Shown here one piece after another: positions 24,391 to 37,576 of a DNA stretch of 64,000 nucleotides; positions within the stretch are counted from its first letter, which is position 1; the number at the start of each line of letters is the position of its first letter. Both the position numbers and the translations under genes were made by a program. The DNA comes from Octopus sinensis (taxonomy: Eukaryota): positions 50,034,001 to 50,098,000 of the forward strand of contig NC_042998.1 in the NCBI RefSeq assembly GCF_006345805.1. The letters are read 5' to 3'. The notes under the pieces are model-generated. The model was not told the DNA's origin and ran no database searches. It was given only the letters and a program-made list of their open reading frames with translations.

Positions 24391-27300
24391 ATATATATAT
24401 AAATTCTGTACGACTCTTTCACTCTTTCCTTTAGTCACCCTCACACTTCGTTTTATTTCCACTTTTCTTTTACTCGCTCACATTTCTTGGCCTTCCCTTT
24501 ATTCTTACTTTCCCTCCTCCTCCGTTACCACACTCTGTCCCTTTCCCTTCTTTTTCTCTCTTTCTCGCCCAATTCTTCAATCCCTCTGCCCCTGCCTCTC
24601 TCCTCTCCTTCCACGTGACTGGTGTTCCGCCAAGCCTGACCTTTCTTAAGCATCTCTTATATTCCTTTCCATGTCTTTCATCTCTTATGTTCCAGCCGTA
24701 AGGCTTCACTTCCATACACACAAGCTTGATTTAATTCGTCCTTAGTCGAAAGACACATGTTGTTAATGTCCTGTTGTCTGTATTTATAATTGTGCATCAT
24801 TTTCGTCCTTGTGTTCGTATACATAGGCTTGCTTTGTATGTGTGTATGTATATATGAATGGATGGATATTTTCAATATAAGTCTAAGAAAGATAATCTGT
24901 TCCTCGTATGTATGTGTGTGTGTGTTTATGTTCGGTTATAATAAAACAATTTTATATTAATGTGATGAGTCACCCTATGTATGCAGAGTATAGATTTATT
25001 ATTCTTAAACAAAAATATTATTGACATTGATTGCAGTGGGACGATATATATATATATATATGCAAATCAAGACTCTTAGGATCGAAAGCACAAATAAAGG
25101 AGTACACCACAAATAATTATTCAATTGTTATACGAGAAAGGATGAGCCTTCGCTTTACATTTCGGGAAATAGTCCTCCTTTCAAGAAACAGAACAGCAAT
25201 GCAGCCTGGACGTTGGTTCTTAGAGTATAAAGTAAAACGTTAGTCGAGACCAACAGAAAGAACAAAATAAATAATTGTCTCTAAGTATGAAGAAAGCTTA
25301 TGTTTTTCTGCCTATATCCTTTTTTACTTGTGTGCGCATATTTGTGTACGTCTTGATATCACACAGCTTGGTAGGTAGATCGATAATATGTGTTCTTTCG
25401 AGTATCCATTCTGTAAAAGTTTATGCATGTTTTTATACATTTATATCTAAAAAAAAAATCTGTTAAACGTAGTTGGTAAGTACAGCATTATTAGTAAAAC
25501 TTGCTAAGTCACAAAATTTTTGATTCATATAAGTAGAAACCAAATAGGATTTTAGATCAGGGCTTGAGGACTGATCGAAAGTTATTATAAACAAAAACAC
25601 AAATAGAAGGCCATTGCTTTAAAGAACTATTATTCAAAGCCTTGAAGGAGATCTTTCCTTTTCCCCACAATGCCTAATTCATCATTTGTTATATTCACGT
25701 GTTTATGATTTTGTTCTTCACATCTTTTGTCTTAGCCTAAAGCGTTGACACAGAATCAATCTTAGATCTTATTTTTACGACATATTCCAATGCACCAATA
25801 ACTCTAGAAAATAATTTGCATTGTCTTGGATCACATCCAATGTGATCCTCGTCAATGGATTATCAGTGTATGCTGTCGAATATAAAACGTATCTGGTTTT
25901 TGGTACAATCAGCACTTCTAGACAACTTTATATTTAACTCTTCATGACTGATATTTCATACTGCTAATCACTGGGAGGTTCTGTCTTTTTTTTAAGCCTC
26001 CTGATGTGTAGCAGAGTGCTCGAAACATGATATAATGTATTGTAAGACATGTTACGAAGTGTGATTACGCATAATTCCTTCATACCTTGTATCAAAACTT
26101 GGCTCTGTTTACAAGTGTGATGCTAAATAGTAGAAATACATGATCACTGAGCATGAAATATTTTGGTGGAATGCTTTTGATCATAAGTCTGCTCAGTCAG
26201 AGTTGGCTTGGAGTTGAACAACTCCAACAATTAATTTGTGCTGAGAAAATTAGAAAGCCTTGTCTGCCACCATATTTTTTACGTTCAATATTTCTATCGA
26301 TTCACACACGCACAAATATGCACGCACGCACGCACAAATACAAACACACACACATACACACACCCATACAGAGATGCTGCTTAATTAATCCGATCATATA
26401 TCTGGTTGGATTAAATTATCGACACGTCACACTTTTGAAAATATTGCGCATAAAGTAGAATGCATATATTTCATTAGAAGTTGAAACTTACTGAATCGTA
26501 ATGCTAAGTTTCATTCTTCAAATGAATTAACGGTTAGAAACGAAAAGTTTTTTTCTCACGATCTTAATACAGTCCACCAGACCTTAGTGTTGTTAAAAAA
26601 AATTTAAGGAATTATCTAATATATATATATTTCTTTTTTTTTTTACTAACAACAAGTAATTGTTCAGACTCATTCGACTGTTATTATCGATCTGGCAGGT
26701 TAAAATATGTTAACATTCCTCAGTTGCAATGACTGTATATTCTTGATTGTTTTCTATTTTGTCTCATTTTAACACGATATAAATGTTCTGAAGTTCCATG
26801 AAGGTCTGCGAAAGAATTAGCAGATTTAATTGCTAATAATGTTACACGAGTGAAACTAATGGCATCGTTTTCAGTAAAGCAATCATGGTAATATAATAAC
26901 AAATTCAAAAAAATAAAGCGAAATATCACAAAAGTTAAATATTTGATAATAGGTTTCATCATTAAACGATAATAGATGGTTTGATATTTTAGGTTATAAA
27001 TCAGGTTTTTAACTAGACAAACTGTTTTTTTGGGGGGTGGGTGTGATGCAAAGCAACAGTGATAAAGATAATTAAAACAATGATAGAAAGTTAATTAAAA
27101 TAAACAAAAAATATTTGATCTCGGTATTCGAATGATAAGTTGACAGTTCTTTGAGACTCATAATCAGAGTCAAAGACACACACTCAATCCCAAAGACCCA
27201 GTTTTTGGTAATGCATCAGTGATAACGATAATTAAAATTATTTTATTTTAGAAATCAACAAAATAAAAGAAATAATATTGGTTTTAATTATTGAATTGCA

Positions 27301-27500
27301 CAACCATAATTATTTCAGACTTTTGATCTGGGTTTCTATAACTCACACGATGCTATTGCAGTAATAGGGAGACATTTGTTTCTGCGGTGGAATTTTCATA
27401 CGTACATACATACATGCATACATATACATACATACATACATACATACATACATAACACACACTCATCTAGATAGAAAAAGTAATAGTTTGAGAGAAATAT

Positions 27501-27532
<32 letters not shown>

Positions 27533-27588
27533 CTGTGTATGTGTGTGAGCGTGTGTATGTGGAGAGAGAGGGAGAGAGAGGGAGAGAG

Positions 27589-27629
<41 letters not shown>

Positions 27630-27936
27630 AACAGATAGACAAACATACTGATGTAAGGACTTCGGAAGTCCAGGTGAATGCCAAATCAGCACCTCGAAGA
27701 GACCTAGGCTAACGGAATGTTTAGGCAAGGAAATAAAAAAAAATGTATTCCGGTATTCCAAATAATATTCCATACAAACTGCTAATCCCGGAAATATACT
27801 GATTGTGACGTTGGTATATTCATTGTAAGAAACTCCAGGAATGAAATTACACACATGCATACACTCACACACAGATATATACGCACATATGTATGCTTAC
27901 ATATACATACACACACAGAAATATATGCACATATGC

Positions 27937-28000
<64 letters not shown>

Positions 28001-28156
28001 ATAATAATATAATAATAATAAATATTAGGGAATAGATCCAAATTTACAGGGAAAAATCAGATTTAGGAATCCAATTATATTATAGTAAAATATAATATAA
28101 TATTAATTGTCTCTAATTAATATTATATATATATATATATATTATATATATATAAA

Positions 28157-28480
28157 GACCCCCTTCGGTCATGAATGACCATGGGATTGCACCTAGAAAG
28201 TTACCCTCCTAGACACAAGTCCGGGCAAGGTTGTTTATGGAAGACCAGCAGTCGCCCATGCATACCAGCCTCCCCTCTCCACGCCACCAGTGTTATCCAA
28301 GGGAAAGACAAAGGTCGATACAGCTTGGCACCTGTGACGTCGCAACTCATTTCTACAGCTGAGTGAACTGGAGCAACGTGAAAATAAAGTGCTTTGCTCA
28401 AGAACACAACACGCAGTCCGGACCGGGATTCGAGCTCACAACCTCACGATCGTAAGCTCGACGCTCTAACCACTGAGCCA
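28157..28480 (-). mobile_element. tRNA-derived SINE family C, full length
   Basis: Minus strand TGGCTCAGTGGTTAGAGCG...GAGCTCGAATCCCGG head. Confidence 0.85.
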
Positions 28481-28980
28481 TATATATATAACACGTGTGA
28501 ATTATAAACAACGTTTCTTTCGATTGAAAAAGATGAATATATACAGGACTGCTAATCGACTAAAAATTTAAAGAGAAAAGTATATGAAAAAGAAATGTAC
28601 CCAACTATGAAAATTATATACAAAATATAAAAGTCAATATAGCCGTAGTCCATGATAATTGCAGGAGAGTGATATGAATCCAATCGGGTAACAAATCCAC
28701 ATATTTTCAAATCATTCCAAAAGGTAATTTAACATCCAACATCTCTGGCCATTTCGGGAGTTCATTGCTGTTTACTCCATACACGCTATACGCACCTTAG
28801 GCAATGACTCCCTCCCTTCGTCAGGATGAACAGAGTTTCATAAGGTTACCCATTTTAAAGTTACTTTATGGGCTTGAATTGCTATTTGTAACACAACCTT
28901 TAACCTGATTTGTCCAAGCATACTACATAAGAAAATATATATGCATATATCTATCTATCTATATAGCTATATCTATATCC

Positions 28981-29079
<99 letters not shown>

Positions 29080-29327
29080 AATCTATCTATCTATCTATCT
29101 ATCTACATATCTTTATATATACATATATATATACTACATATATATACTACATAAGAAAAATATATGTGTGTGTGTATGTATATACACACACACACATATA
29201 CATATTATATTTCCATGCCTATACATTCTGTTATCCTGAATTTCATATGGAGTATTCACTTGCTATTTGGCTGGTATTCCGAAGACCCTAGTGTATATAG
29301 TGTCTATTCATATTTAAGATGAATATA

Positions 29328-29698
29328 TTATTATCTTTGCCTTAGCTAAGGTAGAGATATTGATTTTAGTCGTATTTGTTTCTTTGTCCATAGACAAGAT
29401 ATCTCAAGAACCACTGGATGGATTGAGATGAAACTTTGAGGGATGTTTGGCCTCATGACTGGTACGACTGATTAGATTTGGGGATCGATCTGATCCCGGA
29501 CAAGGGTTCTGGATTATTTTTCTTGTTATTTTTTACTTAAATTTTGAGAGCGGTCGAGTTCATTTTTAGTATTCTCGTTTGTGAGAGCAGTCGAGTTTAT
29601 TTCAGATATTCTCATTTAAAAAAGCATCTCTGGCTAATCGTTGAGAGAATGTTAGTGTTGCCTTGGCGGAGGTTTGCGCTCTCTGAGTGCTCTTATTT
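29328..29698 (+). mobile_element. Helentron-associated non-autonomous element (HINE/DINE-1-like)
   Basis: 3' CCTTGGCGGAGG subterminal repeat plus GCGCTCTCTGAGTGC hairpin; degenerate matching repeat near the T-rich 5' end. Confidence 0.6.
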
Positions 29699-30614
29699 TC
29701 TGTTTTCAGAATCATATCTATCTCTAAATATATTTACAGATATATATTTACCCCACTAAACTAAAGACACATTGGAAACTGCACTCCAGGATATACAAGA
29801 ACATTTGACACTCATGACCAGATCGCTTTTGATCTTTGATCTAGTCTGTCTCAAAGCATTGACATACTGGGAAATTGCTCAGGAGCCTTACGGCTCACGG
29901 GGACCAGTTCTGATCTATGTATATATATTTCTCTCATATGTAAGTTGCAGTTTGTTGTCAATAAATATGTTATAAACCCTACTGCGTTGATTTGTCCAGG
30001 AACTATATTACTACTAAGACGGCTCTGCTGTCTGGGGTAACTTGGGGCTTATAAAACAAAACTACAACATAGCCTTTTGTTAGAAAGGGATCGCTGTAAT
30101 CTCTGTCCAAACAAGAATATCTCACTATAGATACAACTGGAGAATAGGCATCCTTAGACTCTTCTCCGGTGTGTGATGAGATACTCATGAGGCATAGCTG
30201 AACTTCATCAGAGCTGAACAACACAAGTCAGCATCGACAATGACATCGACAACAGCAACACCACTAGTATAATCTACCACACGAGCATTAACCTTAAAAT
30301 GATCATTCGAATTTCTGCCTATGAAAACTATGTACAGTTTATGTTTCTGGCGTCATACAGTACAAGTAAGTTTATACGTGCACACGTACATACCGATACG
30401 CTAACAGATAGTCACTTCACGTTACTAACAACTTCAAAATCACAGCCAAGCACTCTGGGTTAAGTTCATTATCATGAGACTTGGCTGCCTTGCACACCTG
30501 CTTCACTTAACGTGTGATCTGCTCTTTGTCATATGAATCTACTTAAACCACTATATATATATATATATATATATATATGCTATATATATGTGCATATGAA
30601 TGTATGTATGTATG

Positions 30615-30679
<65 letters not shown>

Positions 30680-31245
30680 GTGTGTGTGTGTGTATGTGTG
30701 TGTGTGTGTGTGTGTGTATGTGTGTGTGTGTATGTATATTGTAATCACAGTTGTGCACTTATTTGCACACACATACTGTAGGTACTTACACACCGACTGA
30801 AAGCAGATCTTAACACATCCCCAACAATTTTCTCATCAGTGCTAAGTTATTTCCTCTTTAAATAGATTATTCTCGATGTTTTTTAAATGTCGACTAAAAT
30901 TGACAGCTGCCAATTGGGGCATCTTGTAGAATCGATGCGACGTGCAGATAGGGAGAGTTAGAAAGTGAAGGGGAGAGAGAGTGAGAGAGAGAGAATGAGA
31001 GGGTGAGAGAGAGAGAAAGAGAGAAAGACAGATAGAGAGATGCATAGAGAAGGAGGTAGATACACAGAGCGGAATAGAGCAATAAAGAGAGAAAGATAAT
31101 GAGGCGGGGGTGGGGTGGAAAGAGAGAAAACACAGAACGAGAGCAGCAGAAACTAGAGACGAGAGAAATAACACACACACACACATACATACACATACGC
31201 ACACACGCACAGACACACACACACGTACATATGTATGTATGTATG

Positions 31246-31295
<50 letters not shown>

Positions 31296-31890
31296 ATATA
31301 TAAATATATATAATATATAATATATAAATATATAAGTACACACACGGACATATGTATATATATATATGTGTGTGTGTATGTATATATGTATGTGTGTATG
31401 AAGAAAGAGAAGAGTAGAAGCTTAGAGTAAGTTTTTGAAGGAAACTGAAGGAAAGAGAGAAAGAGAGAAAATGGTGAAGTAAAAAAAAGTAAATCCGAAG
31501 AACAGGAACAAGCAAAAAGTTCGAAGGAAAGAGGGGTGGGTGGGAGAAGGAGAGAAGGGAAAGAAGTAGGTATCTTGGTTTGAATGTGGGGAAAAAGAAA
31601 ACCTACCAGTCAGCAAAATTGACAGTAAATGCGCGCGCGTGAGAGTGAGCCTGCGTAGGTGAGCATGGGAGAGAGAGCAAAGAAGATAACGAAAAAAAAC
31701 AATCAAAACATTTGGTTCATTTAAACGTAAATGAGTTCATGTGAATATATGTGAATAAATGGCGGTGCCCCAGCATGGCCACAGCTCATGAGCTGAAACT
31801 GGAAAAATCAAAATCAAAATCATATGCACTGTCCGCTAGCATGCATACACGCACACACTCACACACGCACACGCACATACACATAGACAT

Positions 31891-32289
31891 ACTCTTTTAT
31901 GTGTTTCAGTCATTTGACTGCGGCCTTGCCGGAGCACCCCCCTTTAGTCGAGCAAATAGAACCCAGGACTTATTCTTTTTAAGCCTAGTACTTATTCTAT
32001 CGGTGTCTTTTGCCGAACTGCGAAGTTACGGGGACGTAAACATACCAGCATCGGTTGTCAAACGATGTTGAGGGTGGGGGGGACAAGCACATACACACAA
32101 AAACACACACACACACACACACATACATATATGTATATACGACGGGCTTCTTTCAGTTTCTGTCATCCAAATCCACTCACAAGGCTTTGGTCGGCCCTAG
32201 GCTATAGTAGAAGACACTTGCCCAGTGGGACTGAACCCGGAACAATGTGGTTGGTAAGCAAGTTACTTACCACACAACCACTCCTACGC
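31891..32289 (-). mobile_element. SINE family A, near full length
   Basis: Aligns to 21212-21638. Confidence 0.85.
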
Positions 32290-32898
32290 ATATATATACA
32301 TATTATGAAGCCTTCCTATGTGTTAAATGTGGATGTAAAAACATACTTAAAAACCAGGTGATGTGTGTGAAATACGGATGGCATCTCCTATGGAATGTTT
32401 TACGGTTTACTGAGCACTCCTCTGATTGGAACCAGTTTTCCTTCTGCAATCAACAACATAGATCAACTACTAAGAAAGCACTCATAAATTAAGCCAGTAC
32501 GTTAGTTGATACTCTGATTTGCATATTTGCGCTTCTGATGGCTCGTTCTTAATTAAATAATAATCTATGCACAATACAGCGTAATTCAGAAGAATTAAAG
32601 TTAAATATAACCATAAAGCTGCAGTGTAGGTTACATAACAATATGAATGTATAGACATTCTCTCTATATCTTTGATGACCTGAAAAAATATGTTCCTGGC
32701 AGAATGTTTCCCGCTTCCTTAAATGTTTGTGTCTTTCGTGCGTGTGTCGACTTCCAGTAATTGAAATTATTACCACTGCCATTAATCTCACACGTATCGA
32801 AGAAGCTTCAAGTGTCATGTCCCTTCCCCACAAACAGCACATAATACATACTTATATACAAACATTCATACCATCCCATATATATAAATATATAAATG

Positions 32899-32946
<48 letters not shown>

Positions 32947-33029
32947 AGAGAGAGATAAATAGATAAATATCTATATGGTTCAAATGTACAGGAAACAAGA
33001 TAGAGAGACAGGTGAGAGAAAAAAAACAA

Positions 33030-33154
33030 ACAGGTGTATCAGTTTGACGCTTAAGAAAAAAGAAAAAGTCTTTGACGTTTCGAGCCTATGCTTTTCGACA
33101 GTAAGGGGTGAAAGGAAAAAATAGAGGGAGAGAAAAAAACCTGAGATTGTTAGT

Positions 33155-33160
<6 letters not shown>
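33030..33160 (-). mobile_element. Non-autonomous Penelope-like element, A6U-hammerhead family, copy 3
   Basis: Minus strand CTTA-CTGTCGA-A-AAGC-ATAG-GCTC-GAAAC-GTC-AAAG at 33105-33070; downstream AGCGTCAAACTGATACACCTGTTTG is shared with the other copies. Confidence 0.65.
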
Positions 33161-33206
<46 letters not shown>

Positions 33207-33417
33207 GAAACACACACATACATACATATATGGAGGTAAAAAGAAACATGGGCACGAACATGATCAGAATAGAAGGTAGAGAAAGACCTTATCAGTGAAC
33301 GACCATTTGAATTTCAATTTAACTATTTTACTCCTCCTTATGTCATTATCAATAAGTATTCGGATACAGAGTGGAACAGGTGGAGTTTGCTGTTAAATGA
33401 ATGTGATTAAAAAGCTA

Positions 33418-33460
<43 letters not shown>

Positions 33461-33462
<2 letters not shown>

Positions 33463-33657
33463 GGGTGTGATGGGTAAAAAGTCGGCCTTTTATATTTATA
33501 GTTTTAATTTCGCGTATGCGCATTGTTTGTTCATGATTTTGTTACTACACATTATAGTGGGGGCGGGGACCGTCTGTGAGAAAACCAGCACCATGACGCA
33601 ATTCACTCTGCCAGAAATTTGGAAACGACATATCCTACTCCTTGGCATTCGCAACGG
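33461..33657 (+). mobile_element. 5' fragment of a DD37D/maT-type Tc1/mariner transposon
   Basis: CAGGGTG terminus and transposase start MTQFTLPEIWKRH...; homologous to 36074-36230. Confidence 0.7.
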
Positions 33658-34097
33658 CAAATGAAGGAGCCTTGGATCTAGGTTAGAAACCAACTCTCTC
33701 TCTCTCTATTGGCAACAAATCTTGAAATAAAACGGAATAATGACATAGATACTTACATAATAATACATACATACATACATACATACAAAAATACCCAGCT
33801 GTTGATGATTAAATTCCAATGAAGGAGCTTTGGATCTAGGTTAGAAACCAACTCTCTCTCTCTATTGGCAACAAATCTTGAAATAAAACTGAATAATGAC
33901 ATACATGCTTACAATCATACATACATACATACATACATACATACATACAAAATACTGAGTTGTTGATGTTGAAATTCCAGTGAAGGAGCTTTTGATCTAG
34001 GTTGGAAACTGACTCTCTCTCTATTGGCGACAAATCTTGAAATAAAACTGAATAATGACATACATACATAGATACATACATACATGCATGTATACAT
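33657..34097 (+). repeat. Three tandem ~110-160-bp units each ending in (TACA)n; probable R4/Dong-type LINE 3' ends
   Basis: GAAGGAGC.TTGGATCTAGGTT.GAAAC...AAATCTTGAAATAAAAC.GAATAATGACATA three times. Confidence 0.7.
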
Positions 34098-34498
34098 ATT
34101 AACTCTTATTTGTACCCAACATTATAGATACATTAGGTTATGTACCAATAAATTTACGCAAAACTTAGAAATACTAGGTTTTTCGAAGAAGCAGCAAAAG
34201 AAAATAAATCTGACGTAGATTCTCCAAATACAATCTATTAGTGGTACAGTGAAAATTTGTAAGACATTCCAAAGATTCTCCAACTGAGATTCTTTAGGTA
34301 AATAGTGGCACACACTTGGATGTGTGCACCAACAGCTTCGCCAACCCTCCAACTCAACCAGATATTCACAAACACCAGGAATTCCCTTGACACAAGATGT
34401 CTTGTCGCTTTCTTAGCGACCGGCTTGCTATCTCTTAAAAAGGATTTTAAATTCAAAGAAAAGCATACATACATACGTACATACATTCATTCATACAT
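34098..34498 (+). mobile_element. R4/Dong-clade (RLE) LINE 3' end: ORF C-terminus, 3' UTR and (TACA)n
   Basis: Frameshifted translation FVPNIIDTLGYVP..NLEILG...ILQIQSISGTVKICKTF resembles the vPviiGaLG...lQ...l.gt.kI C-terminus of R4/Dong ORFs. Confidence 0.6.
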
Positions 34499-35281
34499 AT
34501 ATATGTGCGTGTGTGAGTGTGTTTGTGTATGTTTGCACCTTTATGCCTGCATGTATACGTATATATCTGGTGTTAGTTACAATAACTTGATCTATGTTTG
34601 TGACGTCACAACAAAATCATATTATTCACATTGCCAAATTCGGAGAAAGAAACAGTAAAAAAATTGCCAGGTGTTCTCAGTTTCAAAAAATCTCTAAAGT
34701 GACTTTTGAAAATCATGAGAACCTAGTTGCTAATCATATTTGTTCATTAACTCGCGTTTTATCCAGAAATAATCTTCACAGCAAGACTAAGTTTGTTTAA
34801 ATACACTTAAAGATTCATTTTCTAACTTTCGTTTGAATAAGTTAAAAAAACAGTTAACTCTAAAATCTTTTCGTTTTGTTTTGTTTTTCTTTTTCAATGA
34901 AATATTCTTAAATGTTTAGCATTCTGCAAGTTTACATTAACCTACAGTGGTTGGTTAATATTCTATGTTTCTCTTGATAAAATTCTAAACATAGCATCTA
35001 TATTTTACGTACGTAGACTAATACACACACATCTATGAACACACGCCGAGATACACATACATGCAAACATGCCATCCATCCAAACATACATATATATAAG
35101 CACGCACAAATTTTCCCTTACGTACACTCAAAGATGCCTGTTACATCATTTATAATTATGCAAGCGATAAAAAATATGGGAAAAAAATAATGAAAAAGGA
35201 ATTAAAATATTTACTAAGAAACCAATCGATGTCGGGAAACTCGAGAATTCCGCTCAGTAATCATCATGAGTATCATCATCA

Positions 35282-35319
<38 letters not shown>

Positions 35320-35834
35320 CCACCACCACCACCATCATCATTATTATCATCATTATATGTAGCTCGACTCATTAATGACATTATCACTGCTTCTATGAAT
35401 ATTTAATCAAGCAAAAAATTTCTCACCTCAGCTAATAATAAATTGGTGCAAAAAAAGCACTTCACAGACATCTCCCGGTCTTATTGACAACAAATCATGC
35501 TTAAACTATTTTGTGTTTAGTATGAAGCAGATATTGGAACAAACATAAAATAGAAGCAAGGAACAAAAAAAAAAGCAAAACAAAACAAAAAAAATGTGAA
35601 ATACAAGAATACAACTACTACAACAACAACAAGAGAGGAAAAAAAATTATTTAAATCAATAACTCAATAGAGACTAAATACATTTAATAATAGTCAACTG
35701 AAATTATTTAGCAACGAAATAAAATTCTCAAGGAGAGAGAAAGAGAGACAGAGAGTAAGTGCACAAATACGTAAAAATGCTGATATAGGACTGTACGTAT
35801 GACTGTGGACACATGCATACATACATAAATACAT

Positions 35835-35907
<73 letters not shown>

Positions 35908-36073
35908 GTGTGAGTGTGTGTGTGTGTGTGTGTGAGTATGTATATATATGTGTGTGTATATATATATACATATATATGTATATATATATATGTGTGTGTG
36001 TGTGTATATATATATATACATATTGTATATATATATGTGTGTGTGCGTATATATATATATATACATATACACA

Positions 36074-36835
36074 TAGGGTGCGATGGATAAATTGTCACCC
36101 TATTATATTATTAATTTCGCGCGTGTTCAAATTTTGTTTATGATTTTTTAGACTACACAGTATTGTAGGGTAAGTTGGGTACCGTCTGTGAGAAACACAG
36201 CACCATGATGCAATTCACTCTGTCAGAAATTTGAAAACGATATGCTATACTGCTTGGCATTCGCGCCGGAAGCTCCAATACGAACATTTCAGAGTGTTTG
36301 GGTTTCAATCTGAGGACAGTGCAATCTGAGGACATGTACCAAGAGTGATAAAGATCAAATAACCAGTCATAGCCTACATCAAATGCCTGGTGGAGGTAAT
36401 TCTGGTTTGGGTGGCTGCTAGAAGACCCTATATCTGGCAACAGGGCTTTGCATCATGCCACACAAGCAGGAGAACCCAGTCATACCTGTCAGACAATTTC
36501 TGCAACCGCATCACCCCTAACATCTGGCCACCTAACTCCCCAGACTGCAACCCCCTAGATTATTATGTGTGGGGAGCAGTTGAGTGAGAGATCAGCAAAG
36601 CTCTTTGTAATACCAAAAATGAACTGAAGACAAGGATTTTGGCAGTATTCACCAAATTAAACAAGGAAATCGTCCAGAAGAGTTGCAGAAGATTCCGAAG
36701 TCGTCAGGAGGCCGTGGTTGAAGCCAATGGCGATTTTATTGAGTAAGTTTACTCTTTAGTATTTCAAGATATGTTTATGTAAGTTTTGATGAATATATCT
36801 GTTAAAATGAGATTTCAGTGCTATTTTCATCTTTG
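36074..36835 (+). pseudogene. Internally deleted DD37D (maT) Tc1/mariner transposon remnant
   Basis: WQQ[G]FASCHTSRRTQ...WPPNSPDCNPLDYYVWGAVE; 37 residues between the (mutated) second Asp position and NPLD; premature TGA; right TIR not found. Confidence 0.85.
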
Positions 36836-36839
36836 TGTA

Positions 36840-36902
<63 letters not shown>

Positions 36903-36960
36903 CTGCCTGGAATCGAACTCGGAATCTTGGGGTTAGTAGCCCGCGCTCTTAACCACTACG
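36840..36960 (-). mobile_element. Minimal tRNA-derived SINE-like unit: tRNA-like head plus (AAT)n tail
   Basis: Minus strand CGTAGTGGTTAAGAGCGCGGGCTACTAACCCCAAGATTCCGAGTTCGATTCCAGGCAGTG(AAT)n. Confidence 0.7.
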
Positions 36961-37576
36961 TGGGCAATTATGGAGTGAATTTTAGGGCTTGTAAATCTAA
37001 TATTTACCTACCCTTCCTTAATAGCGGTTCCCGTATGCTGTTCATATCTGCACTCGGTCTGCTTGGGAGGTTGTTTGTGTCCTAGCATATGTGCTGCTTC
37101 TTTTAGTTTTCGTATTTTCCAGTGGTGTTCTCTGTCTATTATTTTAACTTCATCCCACAGGGGAAGGTGGTTTCCATTTTTCCGTGAAATGTAAATAATA
37201 TAAATAATGTACTTAATTCCTCATCTCTTAAATATAGAACTGTATAGATAACTCGTCACCCACAATTCTTGCCAATGCTACTACGCTAACCACATTACTG
37301 TTAAAACCAGCCGGAAAGCTTTCAGACTATTTTTACAGCAATCTAATCAGTTTCACTCACAGAGATTTAACCAAATTTATGTCAGAAGAAATGCTTGCCC
37401 CAAAAACTGTGCATTAGGATCTTAGCAGGATCAATAAGACTTCGAAACGGACATTATCTTAACCAATCAGCTTTGCCTACGCCAAGAAATTAGCTGCAAC
37501 TCTGTTTTCTTTGTTCTCTCTCAAAAAAGTGGTAAAATTAGTTTCCGTGAAAAACAGCAAATAAATCAGTTTACAA

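Noticed and set aside
26001-26065. CTGATGT...TGCTC-GAAACATG...CATGTT hammerhead-like string
   Set aside because: A9 is mutated and no stem I pairing is found; at best a heavily decayed relic.
33657-34097. CRISPR-like repeat-spacer array or other prokaryotic system
   Set aside because: Units are 110-160 bp separated by microsatellite, there are no cas genes, and the context is eukaryotic; no bacterial-type gene cluster exists anywhere in the window.
36901-36960. Functional tRNA gene
   Set aside because: Acceptor stem incomplete and an (AAT)n tail follows directly; treated as SINE-like.
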